Shown: piece after piece, positions 46,196 to 56,797 of the stretch
Layout of the letters: the number at the start of each line of letters is the position of its first letter
Numbering within the stretch: position 1 is the stretch's first letter
Assembly (NCBI GenBank): GCA_964518565.1
Contig: CAZFGX010000001.1
Coordinates: forward strand, 11,046 to 75,045
DNA from: an uncultured Gammaproteobacteria bacterium
GTDB taxonomy: Bacteria; Patescibacteriota; Microgenomatia; CAZETR01; Amesbacteraceae
Direction: 5' to 3'
Length of the DNA: 64,000 bases
The notes under the pieces: model-generated
What the model saw: the letters and a program-made list of their open reading frames with translations, nothing else
What the model was told of the DNA's origin: nothing
The model's database searches: none
Position numbers and translations under genes: made by a program

Positions 46196-47227
46196 ATGGC
46201 TACTAAAGCCAGTTCAGAATCGCATCATTTAGGTCTGCTTACTCAGTTTGTTTTACTCCTCCAAACGTTTTATTTCTTTTTTTTAATAGCGACGTATACG
46301 TTTATTCAATGGGTCATGAATAGTGGCTTAAATTCGCCCGATGCTCCCGCTTGGGCATATCTACGATCTTTTTACCATATACCTCTATCTATGGTGATTT
46401 TTAGCTTAGGAGTAGTATTGACCATCTCTGCCATTGTATTTTATACACGTTGGAAAATACTGGCATGGCTTGCTTTGGTCTATAGTCTCTTTGCAGGAGT
46501 TTTTGCCAACTGGGCACTTACCCAATGGCAGCATGCGATAAGTACTTTTGCTTCAGAAAAACCCTCACCATCTCAATTTTTGGATTTAAACCAAAAATTT
46601 ATGTTTATCTTGCCAATCCTTTTTCCCCTGATTTTACTTTTGTTCCTCGATCGTAAAAATCCTTCTACCAAAACCCTTACCCATACGAAATTTAAGTTCT
46701 TTATTTTCAGTCTCACTCTGCTAATTTTTGGCATCGCACCGGTTAGCTACTATGCATATACTACGTACACAGCTTGGCACCCCACTTATAATTTTTCAGC
46801 AATACAAAAATCCCTTTCTTACTATCTTTATTTCCCTACTATTTTTCCCAAAGATAAAGCAATTGTTCAAAACTTTACCACTCTCAAATATCAAAACCTC
46901 ACATGGGCAAAAACTACTCTTGGTACTCCAGTCTATATACCTCTAAACCCAGACTATCCCGGCATTATGTTTATCTATCAAACCCAACTACCACCAAACT
47001 TTGATCTAAAAACCTTTGCGAAAACCAATTATGTCGATGATTCAATTGCTGTCACAAACATGGATGTAAATAACGAATTTACCGATCATCTATTTTTAAA
47101 ATCAATCCAAAAACCAAATTGGGCCAAACGATTGCTTCTCGTGACCAAACATAACACGTTAATCGAAATTGGTGGTGTCTCATTTCCAGACGAAGACTTT
47201 GCTCTCGTCGCCAACGGTCTAAAATAA
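46196..47227 (+). CDS. Hypothetical membrane protein with C-terminal extracytoplasmic domain
   Basis: About 5 TM segments, then a soluble domain; TGcCATACT 6 nt before ATG. Confidence 0.7.
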   Translation: MATKASSESHHLGLLTQFVLLLQTFYFFFLIATYTFIQWVMNSGLNSPDAPAWAYLRSFYHIPLSMVIFSLGVVLTISAIVFYTRWKILAWLALVYSLFAGVFANWALTQWQHAISTFASEKPSPSQFLDLNQKFMFILPILFPLILLLFLDRKNPSTKTLTHTKFKFFIFSLTLLIFGIAPVSYYAYTTYTAWHPTYNFSAIQKSLSYYLYFPTIFPKDKAIVQNFTTLKYQNLTWAKTTLGTPVYIPLNPDYPGIMFIYQTQLPPNFDLKTFAKTNYVDDSIAVTNMDVNNEFTDHLFLKSIQKPNWAKRLLLVTKHNTLIEIGGVSFPDEDFALVANGLK

Positions 47228-47231
47228 TCTC

Positions 47232-47576
47232 TTATACTCGTCGTTTCTTTTTAGGTCTTGCTCCGTTGTGTGCCATAGGCGTCACGTCAGCAATCAGTGT
47301 CATTTTCATTCCAATAGCCCGCAATGCTCGCAAAGCGGCATCACGTCCAGATCCAGGGCCTTTGACAAACACTTCCACTTCTTTAATACCCTTGTCTAGT
47401 GCTTTTCTTCCGGCAGTTTCGACTGCAGTCGTAGCCGCAAAAGGAGTCGATTTCCGAGTTCCTTTAAATCCAGAATGTCCAGCCGAACTCCAAGACACGG
47501 CATTACCACCCGCGTCAGTAATAGTAACCAGGGTGTTATTAAATGTTGCATTGATAAAGACTTTTCCAGATGCCAT
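47232..47576 (-). CDS. rpsK: 30S ribosomal protein S11
   Basis: [27 protein letters not shown]. Confidence 0.97.
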   Translation of the reverse strand: MASGKVFINATFNNTLVTITDAGGNAVSWSSAGHSGFKGTRKSTPFAATTAVETAGRKALDKGIKEVEVFVKGPGSGRDAALRALRAIGMKMTLIADVTPMAHNGARPKKKRRV

Positions 47577-47577
47577 A

Positions 47578-47985
47578 TTATTTCTTTGCAGCTTTGGCTG
47601 CTTCTACTTTTGCTAACGCTTCTTTCTTCATGGCGCCAATAGTAACACGTTTACCCCGTTTTGTCCGGGCATTTGTACGTGTTCGTTGTCCTCGAGCTGG
47701 TAACCCATGCGCATGTCGGGAACCTCGGTAGGCGTTCACAGACTTGAGTCGGGCAATATTTTGGGATACCAGTTTGCGCAAATCACCTTCCACTTGCATA
47801 GAATCAACTACTTTTTGTAGTTTATTAATTTCTTCAGCCGTCAGCTCAAAAGTTCGTTTATTTCCATCTACTCCAGCTTTAGATAATACCTCGTTTACAT
47901 TGGTCGGACCTACGCCATAAATATATCGCAGTGCAAACTGCAATTTTTTCTTCTCGGGAATGTCGATACCTGCAATACGTGGCAT
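47578..47985 (-). CDS. rpsM: 30S ribosomal protein S13
   Basis: [24 protein letters not shown]. Confidence 0.98.
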   Translation of the reverse strand: MPRIAGIDIPEKKKLQFALRYIYGVGPTNVNEVLSKAGVDGNKRTFELTAEEINKLQKVVDSMQVEGDLRKLVSQNIARLKSVNAYRGSRHAHGLPARGQRTRTNARTKRGKRVTIGAMKKEALAKVEAAKAAKK

Positions 47986-47988
47986 ATA

Positions 47989-48102
47989 TTATCCTTGGCG
48001 TTGTTTATGTTTAGGCGTTGTGCAAATAACAAACAACGTCCCACGGCGTTTTATCACCTTACAGTTTCGGCAGCGGACTTTGATACTAGCTTGAACTTTC
48101 AT
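47989..48102 (-). CDS. rpmJ: 50S ribosomal protein L36
   Basis: [21 protein letters not shown]...[11 protein letters not shown]. Confidence 0.97.
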   Translation of the reverse strand: MKVQASIKVRCRNCKVIKRRGTLFVICTTPKHKQRQG

Positions 48103-48103
48103 A

Positions 48104-48346
48104 TTAGTTTTTGAGTTTAAAAGTAATTCGTCCTTTGGTTTGGTCAGTTTGAGGCACATCCATCTGGACTTTATCTCCAGGCAGTAGTCGCACCCAGTTA
48201 ATGCGCATTTTACCAGACAATGTACACAAGAGTGTCTTATCAACCATCTCCGGCATACTAGAAGCCGTCACCTTTACGCGAAACATGGTGTTGGGAAGGT
48301 TTTCCACCACGAGTCCGGTGGCAGTAAAGGTCGAATTGTTGCTCAT
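48104..48346 (-). CDS. infA: Translation initiation factor IF-1
   Basis: [27 protein letters not shown]. Confidence 0.95.
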   Translation of the reverse strand: MSNNSTFTATGLVVENLPNTMFRVKVTASSMPEMVDKTLLCTLSGKMRINWVRLLPGDKVQMDVPQTDQTKGRITFKLKN

Positions 48347-49122
48347 CGTGTTGTCTTGGTCAAGATCAGTGGCCCGCGTTTAGTAATTGCCACTGTCTCT
48401 TCAAACAGCCCTGATATTGTACCATCGGCCGTAACGATTGTCCAACCATCATCATTCTTATAGGCCACCTCGTCCTCGCCTTCGTTATACATAATTTCAA
48501 TCGCAATCACCATACCTTCCACCAGCTTCGGTGAATGCTCATATGCCCCCAAAACAAAACAGGGGATTGCTGGTTCCTCATGTAGCTGTTTGCCCACTCC
48601 ATGCCCCGTCAGTGCCCGTACCACTGAATATCCTGCGCCTTCTACTCCTTCCTGCATGGCTTTAGAGATGTCTGCCACTCGTTTACCAATTTTTGCCTCC
48701 GAAACCGCTTTTTTCAAAGTTTTTCGTCCCACCTCTAAAAATGCCTCGGTTTTTTTAGTCGTGCGGCCATCAGCCCCCGGTACTAGTACGGTGGTTGCTG
48801 TATCAGTATGAAATCCTTCATAAAACAACCCCACATCAATACCCACCTTATCTCCTGGCTTAAAAATATACCCATCCGGAATTCCGTGTACCACCACATC
48901 GCCCACATTAATACACGTCGCATGTTTATAACCCGGCACCATGGCAAACGACGCCTTGCCTCCAGCTGCACGCAAGAGATCATTAGCTAGGGTATCTAGT
49001 TGCAAACTTGTCATACCGGGTTTTACAGCAGCTGCCAATGCATCTCGCACTGCCGCCAATCGCTTGCCCCCTTCAGCCATGATCTGAATTTCTTCAGGTG
49101 TTTTGAGTGAAAATTTTTTCAT
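48343..49122 (-). CDS. map: Methionine aminopeptidase type I
   Basis: VVHGIP, IDVG, HTDTA, GHGVG..LHEEP, AIE. Confidence 0.96.
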   Translation of the reverse strand: MKKFSLKTPEEIQIMAEGGKRLAAVRDALAAAVKPGMTSLQLDTLANDLLRAAGGKASFAMVPGYKHATCINVGDVVVHGIPDGYIFKPGDKVGIDVGLFYEGFHTDTATTVLVPGADGRTTKKTEAFLEVGRKTLKKAVSEAKIGKRVADISKAMQEGVEGAGYSVVRALTGHGVGKQLHEEPAIPCFVLGAYEHSPKLVEGMVIAIEIMYNEGEDEVAYKNDDGWTIVTADGTISGLFEETVAITKRGPLILTKTTR

Positions 49123-49769
49123 TGTTTAGGTAGTAAATCGGTAATTCCTTCTAGTACTTTTTCAACAGTTTGTTCACCATTTACCTCAAAACCTATCCCT
49201 TCAATTTTTGCCTGTTCAAATACTGGATGGGTCTGAGACCGATAAATTCCCAATCTGCGCAAAATTGCCTCTGGTGTATCATCTGCTCGTTGCACCAATG
49301 TTCCACCACACGCGTCACATACTCCTTCAACCTTACTTGGTCGAGTGAGGCTATTGTAAATTTCTCCACACCTTTCGCATGTTCGTCGAGCGGACAGTCG
49401 AGCAATCGTCTGAGCTTCGGAAATCTCAATACTCACCACTAAATCTATTTTTTTACCAAATGTCGCCAGCATATTTTTCAGTTGCTCATATTGAGCCACT
49501 GATCGGGGATAGCCTTCAAAAATAAATCCATTAGTTTTTGGATGATGTTTAGAAATAAAATCCCAGGCAATCAGTCGGACATATTCGTCTGGCACCAAAG
49601 ATCCTTGAGTCAGTGTTTGCTGTACAACGCTTGCATGTTCATTGTCAGAACTAGCAATGCTGCGCAAAATTCGCCCCATTTCCAGATGTATCAAACCATA
49701 TTTTTCCGCCAGCAAATCCGCTTGTGTGCCTTTTCCCGATCCTTGTGGGCCCAGCAGTATGATATTCAT
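49119..49769 (-). CDS. adk: Adenylate kinase
   Basis: GPQGSGKGTQA, GYPR, Zn lid CxxC...CxxC, QRADD. Confidence 0.95.
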   Translation of the reverse strand: MNIILLGPQGSGKGTQADLLAEKYGLIHLEMGRILRSIASSDNEHASVVQQTLTQGSLVPDEYVRLIAWDFISKHHPKTNGFIFEGYPRSVAQYEQLKNMLATFGKKIDLVVSIEISEAQTIARLSARRTCERCGEIYNSLTRPSKVEGVCDACGGTLVQRADDTPEAILRRLGIYRSQTHPVFEQAKIEGIGFEVNGEQTVEKVLEGITDLLPKQ

Positions 49770-49779
49770 AAAATAAACG

Positions 49780-51069
49780 CTATAGCTTCAAAAACGCATC
49801 GTAATTTCTGGCCAACAATTGAGATTGCAAAGATTTTGTCGTTTCCAAAACTACCGACACCACAATCAATAAGCCTGTGCCTCCAAGTGACAGAGAAGGA
49901 ATTTGTAATGCCGATTGAGCAATAGCTGGTAACACCGCAATCGCGCCCAAAAACAACGCTCCAGCAAAAGTGATTCTATTCAACACGCGCGACAGATAGG
50001 CTGCAGTTGCTTCACCTGGACGAACTCCAGGAATAAATCCTCCTGATTTCTTCAAATCCTCAGAAATTTTTTCTGGATTAAACACTACTGAAGTATAAAA
50101 ATAAGTAAACGCCACCACCAAGACAAAATAGGTAATGGTATATACCGCACTGTTTGGCTGCATGACCGATACCAAATTTCGTGCCAAAGAGGCGATTTGT
50201 ACATTGGTAGATTTTTGCAAAAAATTGCCCACCAAAGAAGGCAATAGTACCAAAGATACGGCAAAGATAATCGGAATCACCCCAGCCTGATTAATACGCA
50301 GTGGTAAATGAGTGGTTTGTCCACCAATTTCTTTTCCAGCTCTAATACGTTTTGCATATTGCACCACGATATTTCTCGACGCTTCATTCATAAATACCAC
50401 CCCAGCTACCACCAACAAAGCCATGCCAATAAAGACCAACAAATTCAGTCCATTCAACGTTTCCAAAGTCGCGGCTGTTTGTCCCAATACCACTGGTAAC
50501 CGTCCGACGATACCTGCGAATATCAAAAGAGAAATACCATTGCCTACGCCATATTCAGTAATCAATTCCCCAATCCATACCGTCAACATTGTTCCTGCTG
50601 TAATTGTTGCCAGCAGTGCTACGAGATTAAGTGGGGATAATACTCCAATGACGCCTTGGTTATGGAGTAAAAAGTACATTGCAATTCCTTGTAAAATCGC
50701 AATCGGAATAGTTAACAAACGAGTATATTGATTAATAATCTCTCGGCCATACTCTCCTTCTTTAGACATCTCTTCTAGTTTAGGAAAAACCACGGTCAAC
50801 AACTGCATAATAATCGAGGCATTGATATATGGTCCAAGTCCTAAAGCTGCCAAGCTAAAATTTGCCAGTGTTCCTCCGGAAAAAACGTCTAAAAGTCCTA
50901 GTATTTGGCTACCAGAAAACAACTTTGCCAAAGCGACTCGATCAATACCTGCCACAGGAATATGGGCAATAAACCGATATGCCAACAGAAGGGCTGCGGT
51001 AAACAGCAATTTTTTGCGTAGCTCTCGCGCTCGCCAAATACTTTTCCAAAACAGAGCAAAAGATTTCAT
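49780..51069 (-). CDS. secY: Preprotein translocase subunit SecY
   Basis: [44 protein letters not shown]. Confidence 0.98.
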   Translation of the reverse strand: MKSFALFWKSIWRARELRKKLLFTAALLLAYRFIAHIPVAGIDRVALAKLFSGSQILGLLDVFSGGTLANFSLAALGLGPYINASIIMQLLTVVFPKLEEMSKEGEYGREIINQYTRLLTIPIAILQGIAMYFLLHNQGVIGVLSPLNLVALLATITAGTMLTVWIGELITEYGVGNGISLLIFAGIVGRLPVVLGQTAATLETLNGLNLLVFIGMALLVVAGVVFMNEASRNIVVQYAKRIRAGKEIGGQTTHLPLRINQAGVIPIIFAVSLVLLPSLVGNFLQKSTNVQIASLARNLVSVMQPNSAVYTITYFVLVVAFTYFYTSVVFNPEKISEDLKKSGGFIPGVRPGEATAAYLSRVLNRITFAGALFLGAIAVLPAIAQSALQIPSLSLGGTGLLIVVSVVLETTKSLQSQLLARNYDAFLKL

Positions 51070-51509
51070 TTGTGTGTCTCGATTGTACCACCAGCTGTTT
51101 CAATCGCTTTTTTTGCGCTTGCTGAAACTGGAATACTCACTTGCAAGCCATGTTTCAACGTTGCAGTACCGACAAGTTTACCTTTTTCTCCACTGCGCAG
51201 CACCCCAGCTTTGATCAAATTTTCCAGTGTTACTCCGGTTTTTTCTGGCCATTCTAGTAGTTGTTCTACAGCAATAGCAGTATATTTTTGACCCCATGGT
51301 TTAAATTTTTGTTCACCTCGAAGTGCAGGCAACTGTTTCAAGAAAGATTTTTTCCATTTAGATCCTTCAAAACTTTGTGGTACTCGCTCTCGGGCTTTTT
51401 GTCCTTTTTGACCTCGACCAGTCGTATGACCACCTTTGCCTGAACCAATACCTCGACCCACGCGCTTCAATCGGCGTTTAGTAATTTGTGGAAGTGAAGT
51501 TAGGTTCAT
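51066..51509 (-). CDS. rplO: 50S ribosomal protein L15
   Basis: [24 protein letters not shown]. Confidence 0.96.
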   Translation of the reverse strand: MNLTSLPQITKRRLKRVGRGIGSGKGGHTTGRGQKGQKARERVPQSFEGSKWKKSFLKQLPALRGEQKFKPWGQKYTAIAVEQLLEWPEKTGVTLENLIKAGVLRSGEKGKLVGTATLKHGLQVSIPVSASAKKAIETAGGTIETHK

Positions 51510-51970
51510 AGTTGTTTTAATCCTTCCAAGGCGGAAATGGTCGCATAAATATTAGTAATTTTATTTCGGCTACCCAAAAGTTTACCTACCACATCTTTGA
51601 TACCAGCCGCTTCAACGACTGATCGCATCGCTCCGCCTGCGATAACTCCAGAACCAGTAGGAGCTGGTTTAAGAAGTACCACAGCCGCACCATATTTTAC
51701 TTGAGTAGAGTGGGGAATTGTCGTTCCATGCATTGCGACAGTTATAAAATGTTTTTGTGCGTAGGTACTTGCTTTTCTTACTGCCGAAGACACGTCTGCC
51801 GCCTTACCTAGACCTACTCCGACTCGACCTTTGCGATCACCAACGACAACCAGTGCGGAAAAACTCATTCGGTTTCCACCTTTAGTCTTTTTACTCACGC
51901 GATTTACTTGAACCACGCGTTCATCAAATTCTTTTTCTACTGGTTGGAATTTAGTTTCGTTTCTTGGCAT
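51506..51970 (-). CDS. rpsE: 30S ribosomal protein S5
   Basis: [21 protein letters not shown]. Confidence 0.97.
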   Translation of the reverse strand: MPRNETKFQPVEKEFDERVVQVNRVSKKTKGGNRMSFSALVVVGDRKGRVGVGLGKAADVSSAVRKASTYAQKHFITVAMHGTTIPHSTQVKYGAAVVLLKPAPTGSGVIAGGAMRSVVEAAGIKDVVGKLLGSRNKITNIYATISALEGLKQL

Positions 51971-51979
51971 AAATAAAAA

Positions 51980-52309
51980 TTAAAATTGTAATCCTCCAGC
52001 TCTGGCAGCCTCGGCCAAAGCTTTTACTTGACCATGATATCGATAACCACCGCGATCAAAAACAATTGCTTGTACTTTATGTTTGGCTGCCAATTTAGCA
52101 ATTTCTTGTCCCACGTGTTCGCCAGTATCACCACGTAATCCTGCCAAAGTCTTTCCACTTTTTGGCTCAATAAGTTGAGCGTAAATATATTTATTAGAGC
52201 GAAACACACTCAGGCGTACCAGATCAGACGCTGTAATTTTGCCTCGCACCCGAGCCGTTCTACGGTCATGAGTGTGAGTATATCGAATAATAGAACGAAT
52301 TTTAGCCAT
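51980..52309 (-). CDS. rplR: 50S ribosomal protein L18
   Basis: RLSVFRSNKYIYAQLI, FDRGGYRYHG. Confidence 0.96.
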   Translation of the reverse strand: MAKIRSIIRYTHTHDRRTARVRGKITASDLVRLSVFRSNKYIYAQLIEPKSGKTLAGLRGDTGEHVGQEIAKLAAKHKVQAIVFDRGGYRYHGQVKALAEAARAGGLQF

Positions 52310-52311
52310 AA

Positions 52312-52851
52312 TTATTTACCTCCTGCGCCACCAGCCTTTGCTGCTTTACCAGCTTTGCGTACAATGACTTCATCATCGTATTTAAATCCCTTTGCTTTAT
52401 ATGGATCAGCCGGACGCAAGGCTCTTATTTTAGCAGCTGTCTGACCAACCTGCACCTTGTCTGTCCCTAGCACGGTAATTTTATTTTCTTTCACTTCAAA
52501 ACGAATTCCTTCTGGAGCCTGCACACTTACCGGATGAGATAGTCCCAAGGCCAATTGCAGATTACTACCCGAAACAGTCGCCCGGTAACCAGTTCCGTTC
52601 AATTCCAAGGTTCGAGTCCAGCCATTTGTTACACCTAGCATGGCATTGCGAATGTTTGCCGCAGCTGTGCCTTGCAGCATACTATTCTCTGATACAACTT
52701 TTACTCCAGATTCATCAATGTCCAATTTAACCTCTTCTGGAAGTTGTAAATTCAAGGTCCCTTTTGAACCTTGAATTGTTACTTTACCATCGGCAACAGT
52801 AACCGAAACTCCTTGAGCCAGTAATAGAGGTTTTTTTGCCATTCGTGACAT
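52312..52851 (-). CDS. rplF: 50S ribosomal protein L6
   Basis: MSRMAKKP, GTGYRA, DPYKAKG. Confidence 0.96.
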   Translation of the reverse strand: MSRMAKKPLLLAQGVSVTVADGKVTIQGSKGTLNLQLPEEVKLDIDESGVKVVSENSMLQGTAAANIRNAMLGVTNGWTRTLELNGTGYRATVSGSNLQLALGLSHPVSVQAPEGIRFEVKENKITVLGTDKVQVGQTAAKIRALRPADPYKAKGFKYDDEVIVRKAGKAAKAGGAGGK

Positions 52852-52855
52852 AGAT

Positions 52856-53236
52856 TTACCAAACTTGGGCGATCAGTTCGCCGCCACAATGTAACTTTCT
52901 TGCGTCTTTGTCAGTCATGACACCTTGAGGTGTAGACAAAATATGCATCCCCAATCCCCCCCAAACGCGAGGCAGATCTTTATATCCTGCATAAATCCGT
53001 GCTCCTGGCTTACTCACCCGTTTAATACCTGAAATAGCTGGTTTGGCTTTAGTATATTTCAGTGTTACCGTCATAACTTGACCTTCAGTTGTGTAGCCTT
53101 GCAAATAGCCAGCCTTAACCAATACATCAGCAAATCGTTGTACTGCACGAGTAGACACCGCTTCGATTGTGGGCAAGTTTGCCTGATAACCGTTCCGGAT
53201 TCGAGTTACAAAATCTGATAAATGATCGCTTACCAT
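52856..53236 (-). CDS. rpsH: 30S ribosomal protein S8
   Basis: [28 protein letters not shown]. Confidence 0.97.
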   Translation of the reverse strand: MVSDHLSDFVTRIRNGYQANLPTIEAVSTRAVQRFADVLVKAGYLQGYTTEGQVMTVTLKYTKAKPAISGIKRVSKPGARIYAGYKDLPRVWGGLGMHILSTPQGVMTDKDARKLHCGGELIAQVW

Positions 53237-53418
53237 GATGCTTTACGTATTCCAGGTAACTCCCCCTTGTTAGCTAATTCACGGAAACAAAGTCGGCAAA
53301 TGCCAAACATCCGCATATAACTTCGGGGTCTGCCACACAATTGACAGCGGTTTCGAAAACGAACCGCATATTTTAATTTATGATGTGTCTGTCGAACTAC
53401 TTTTGATGTTTTTGCCAT
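53230..53418 (-). CDS. rpsN: 30S ribosomal protein S14 type Z
   Basis: [23 protein letters not shown]. Confidence 0.97.
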   Translation of the reverse strand: MAKTSKVVRQTHHKLKYAVRFRNRCQLCGRPRSYMRMFGICRLCFRELANKGELPGIRKASW

Positions 53419-53421
53419 AGA

Positions 53422-53961
53422 TTAAGCTTTTTTAAACGGCATACCCAATAACTCCAAAAAGCGTTTTGTCATTTTAGCATCTGATCCGGTTTGCACAAAT
53501 GTAATTTCCAAACCGCGAATTTTATCAATTTTAGAATATTCGATCTCTGGAAACACGATCTGTTCAGCTAGTCCCAAAGTGTAATTGCCTTTTTTATCAA
53601 ATGCCGTCAAAGAAACGCCTTGAAAATCGCGTACCCGAGGTAGAGCAATAGTAAACAATTTAGTAATAAAATCTTGCATCCGTTGTCCTCGGAGTGTCAC
53701 AGTCAGTCCGACCGGTGATCCTTCTCGTAATTTAAAATTAGCAATAGATTTTTTTGCCCGGGTCACCTTAGGTTTTTGGCCTGCAATGTCCACCAGCCAT
53801 GAGTTTACTTTTTCTAGTACACCTTTATCGTTGGCTGCTTCTTTTAAACCAATATTAATGACTACTTTAGTCAGTCGTGGTACGGCCATGACATTAGTAA
53901 TCCCAAACTCTTTCATCAGAGTTGGAGTGATAGTTTTAGAATAGTCTTGTGCAAAACTCAT
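53422..53961 (-). CDS. rplE: 50S ribosomal protein L5
   Basis: KVVINIG, FKLREG, LPRVRDF, EQIVFPEI. Confidence 0.97.
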   Translation of the reverse strand: MSFAQDYSKTITPTLMKEFGITNVMAVPRLTKVVINIGLKEAANDKGVLEKVNSWLVDIAGQKPKVTRAKKSIANFKLREGSPVGLTVTLRGQRMQDFITKLFTIALPRVRDFQGVSLTAFDKKGNYTLGLAEQIVFPEIEYSKIDKIRGLEITFVQTGSDAKMTKRFLELLGMPFKKA

Positions 53962-53969
53962 AAAATAAT

Positions 53970-54305
53970 TTAAGAAATAACTGCCTTACATTTTCGGCAA
54001 ATGCGAACTTTTTTATCGCCTTCAGTCATGTAGCCCACTCGAGTCGCTACTTTACAACTTGGGCATACCAGCGCCACCTTGGCAATGTCCAAAGCGCGAG
54101 TCAGCGTGACAATGTCTCCTTGTCGATCGCCTTGAGGTTTTACATGCTTTTTGTATTGGTTTACACCAACCACTAAAACCTTTCGTCCTTTAGGAAAGAC
54201 TTTTTCGATTTTTTCTTGTCGACCTTTGTCTTTTCCGGCTGTAACGATCACAGTATCTCCTTTACGGAGTTTTATATGATTGATAGTTGGAATAAGTGTG
54301 TTCAT
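53970..54305 (-). CDS. rplX: 50S ribosomal protein L24
   Basis: [17 protein letters not shown] motif. Confidence 0.96.
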   Translation of the reverse strand: MNTLIPTINHIKLRKGDTVIVTAGKDKGRQEKIEKVFPKGRKVLVVGVNQYKKHVKPQGDRQGDIVTLTRALDIAKVALVCPSCKVATRVGYMTEGDKKVRICRKCKAVIS

Positions 54306-54673
54306 AAAACTTCAGGTGCTAAAGATGCAATTTTGGCAAAACCTTTTTCTTTGACTTCTCGAGCAATGGGTCCAAATATTCGGCTGCCTCTTGGGTCATG
54401 ACTTTTTGGATCAATAACCACAGCCGCGTTGTCATCAAATCGAATATAGCTGCCATCTTTTCGTCCAGTTTCTTTTCTGGTGCGAACAATAACTGCTTTG
54501 ACAACTTCCGAATCTTTTACTACGCCATTTGGGTCTGCTTGATCCACAACTGCGGTCACAATGTCTCCGACATATGCGTATTTACGCTTCCATGCGCCTG
54601 GAATATGAATCAGTCGCAGCTTTTTTGCTCCGCAATTATCAGCTGGAACAAGGATAGATCGTAGTTGTAACAT
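54302..54673 (-). CDS. rplN: 50S ribosomal protein L14
   Basis: [23 protein letters not shown]. Confidence 0.97.
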   Translation of the reverse strand: MLQLRSILVPADNCGAKKLRLIHIPGAWKRKYAYVGDIVTAVVDQADPNGVVKDSEVVKAVIVRTRKETGRKDGSYIRFDDNAAVVIDPKSHDPRGSRIFGPIAREVKEKGFAKIASLAPEVL

Positions 54674-54676
54674 AAA

Positions 54677-55024
54677 TTATGCTTTTGGTGTTTTTTTAAC
54701 AGCTGGTTTCTTGGCTCGAACAGGTTTTTTAGCTTCTACTGGCTTGGCTGGTTGTTCGTTATTTGCTGCTGCTACTGTCATGGTAGGTACGTCTTTTTGC
54801 CCAACAATTTTTACTGTCTTCCAAAACTTTGTTTTTGAAATTGGTCTGGTTTGGACCAGTTCTACTGTATTACCAATCTTGGCTCCTAATTCATCGTGGA
54901 CATGATATTTTTTAGTACGACGTAATCGCTTGTGATACAAAGGGTGCGCCATAAAGCGTTCCACTTCAACCACAACCGTGTTGGTCATTTTATCTGAGAC
55001 AACGATACCTTTAATAGTTTTCAT
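54677..55024 (-). CDS. rpsQ: 30S ribosomal protein S17 with Lys/Ala/Pro-rich C-terminal tail
   Basis: GIVVSDKM, HPLY, HDE, RPISKTK. Confidence 0.96.
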   Translation of the reverse strand: MKTIKGIVVSDKMTNTVVVEVERFMAHPLYHKRLRRTKKYHVHDELGAKIGNTVELVQTRPISKTKFWKTVKIVGQKDVPTMTVAAANNEQPAKPVEAKKPVRAKKPAVKKTPKA

Positions 55025-55040
55025 AAAAAATTACACTATA

Positions 55041-55301
55041 TTATACCTTTTTTTGGCTTAAAATGGTTAATATTTTAGCTAATTGCTTTCTCAACAAGAA
55101 ATTTTTCCGAGTATTTTTCTCTTTGCCGGAAAAATATGCCACTCGGTTAGCATACATTTCTGTCCGAATTCGACCCATATCAGCCTGCAATTCAGACACG
55201 GTCCAATCCTGGAGCCGTACTGCTGGTGTCTTTTTTGCTTTTTCAGCTACCACAGGCGTGGTTTTGACAGATTTTGATGATGTTGGTTTTTTAGTAGCCA
55301 T
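55041..55301 (-). CDS. rpmC: 50S ribosomal protein L29 with N-terminal extension
   Basis: Position between rplP and rpsQ; LRKQLAKILTIL C-terminal motif. Confidence 0.8.
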   Translation of the reverse strand: MATKKPTSSKSVKTTPVVAEKAKKTPAVRLQDWTVSELQADMGRIRTEMYANRVAYFSGKEKNTRKNFLLRKQLAKILTILSQKKV

Positions 55302-55303
55302 AA

Positions 55304-55708
55304 TTATTTTGCAACCGTAATAGTTTTAACAGGTAACTTTGCTGCCGCTCGAGTAAAAGCCAATTTAGCAATTTCTGGAGTAACACCAGCAATCTCAAAC
55401 AAAATTCGGCCTGGCAATATCGGCACGACGTATTCGTGAATATCGCCCTTACCAGAACCCATACGAGTTCCGAGTGCCTTTTTGGTAATTGGCTTATCTG
55501 GAAATACCATGATCCACACTTTTCCTCCGCGTTGAGCGTGACGAGAAATAGCTTTTCGAGCCGATTCGATTTGTCTAGATGACACCCAGCCGTGTTCAGT
55601 AGCCTTGAGTCCAAATTCACCAAAACTCACACTAGCTCCTCGCCAGGAAGTCCCGGTCATTCGTCCACGGAATTGCTTTCGGTGTTTTTGGCGGCGTGGT
55701 TGTAACAT
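55304..55708 (-). CDS. rplP: 50S ribosomal protein L16
   Basis: [22 protein letters not shown]. Confidence 0.97.
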   Translation of the reverse strand: MLQPRRQKHRKQFRGRMTGTSWRGASVSFGEFGLKATEHGWVSSRQIESARKAISRHAQRGGKVWIMVFPDKPITKKALGTRMGSGKGDIHEYVVPILPGRILFEIAGVTPEIAKLAFTRAAAKLPVKTITVAK

Positions 55709-55709
55709 A

Positions 55710-56372
55710 TTAGTTCACTTTCTCCCCTCGGTGAATCCAAACTTTAACTCCAACATATCCAGATCGGGTCAATGCGGGCACATGAGCGTAATCTACATCT
55801 GCTCGCAATGTTTGCAAAGGCACAGATCCTTGATGATATTTCTCTCGTCGGGCGATTTCTGCTCCGCCTACCCGCCCAGACAACAAGATTTTGATACCTT
55901 TTGCTCCAGCAGACATACTTCGTTCCATCGTTTTTGTTACTACACGTCGAGCTGGAATACGTCGTACTAACTGCTCGGCAATTTTGGTTCCTACCAAATA
56001 TGCTGACAAATCAGGCTCCTTGACTTCTTCGACTTGTAGATCGATTCGTGGCGCAGATTTATCTCCGGGTTTTACTTCAATAGTTTGATAAATAAATCGT
56101 TTAAGATCTTCAAGTCCCGATCCGCCTCGCCCAATAACTACTCCAGGTCGAGTAACAAACACAATGACTCGCATACTTCGCAATGATCGTTCAATATCTA
56201 CTCGAATAACCCCAGCTGCAGTCAGTCGTTTTGTTAGGGCTTTACGCAGTTTAATATCTGCAGCCAAATAAGCCGTATAGCGTCGTGGATCAGTGGTGAA
56301 CCATCGAGATCTCCACATTTGCATCTGATGCAAGGGGAGTCGAAATGCGAGTGGATTTACTTTTTGCCCCAT
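55710..56372 (-). CDS. rpsC: 30S ribosomal protein S3
   Basis: MGQKVNP, RPGVVIGRGG, PLQTLRA. Confidence 0.97.
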   Translation of the reverse strand: MGQKVNPLAFRLPLHQMQMWRSRWFTTDPRRYTAYLAADIKLRKALTKRLTAAGVIRVDIERSLRSMRVIVFVTRPGVVIGRGGSGLEDLKRFIYQTIEVKPGDKSAPRIDLQVEEVKEPDLSAYLVGTKIAEQLVRRIPARRVVTKTMERSMSAGAKGIKILLSGRVGGAEIARREKYHQGSVPLQTLRADVDYAHVPALTRSGYVGVKVWIHRGEKVN

Positions 56373-56373
56373 A

Positions 56374-56793
56374 TTAGTTTTTTGGTTGTGAAATAACTTC
56401 AGGTTCTACTGCAGCAGTTTCAGATGGAGCCGCAGGCTTTGGTGCCAAAATAAGTGTTACGTGCGAATATTTGCGTCGGCGAATACCCCGATTGAATCGT
56501 GCACCGTGAGAGTGAACATCAGCTTTTTTTGGCCCTCGTGCACCTTCTTCGACCAGCAATGTTTCAGTTTGCATATCAGTAGGAGACAGTCGGAAATTAT
56601 TTTTCGCATTTCCTAAGCCTTGCAAATAGACCTTAAGCATAGTTTTAGCTCCTCGTTGTGGCATGGTGCGTAGATAATCAACCGCTCTCAATGGAGGTAG
56701 TGGACGTACGGCGTCAGCAATCAGTCGCAACTTCCGCGGTGAGTGTTGCACCATAGATGCTTTGGCTACAATATGTTGAGTAGATGATTTCAT
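56374..56793 (-). CDS. rplV: 50S ribosomal protein L22
   Basis: SPRKLRLIADAVR, NA..N, VEEG...SHVTL. Confidence 0.93.
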   Translation of the reverse strand: MKSSTQHIVAKASMVQHSPRKLRLIADAVRPLPPLRAVDYLRTMPQRGAKTMLKVYLQGLGNAKNNFRLSPTDMQTETLLVEEGARGPKKADVHSHGARFNRGIRRRKYSHVTLILAPKPAAPSETAAVEPEVISQPKN

Positions 56794-56797
56794 AGTA

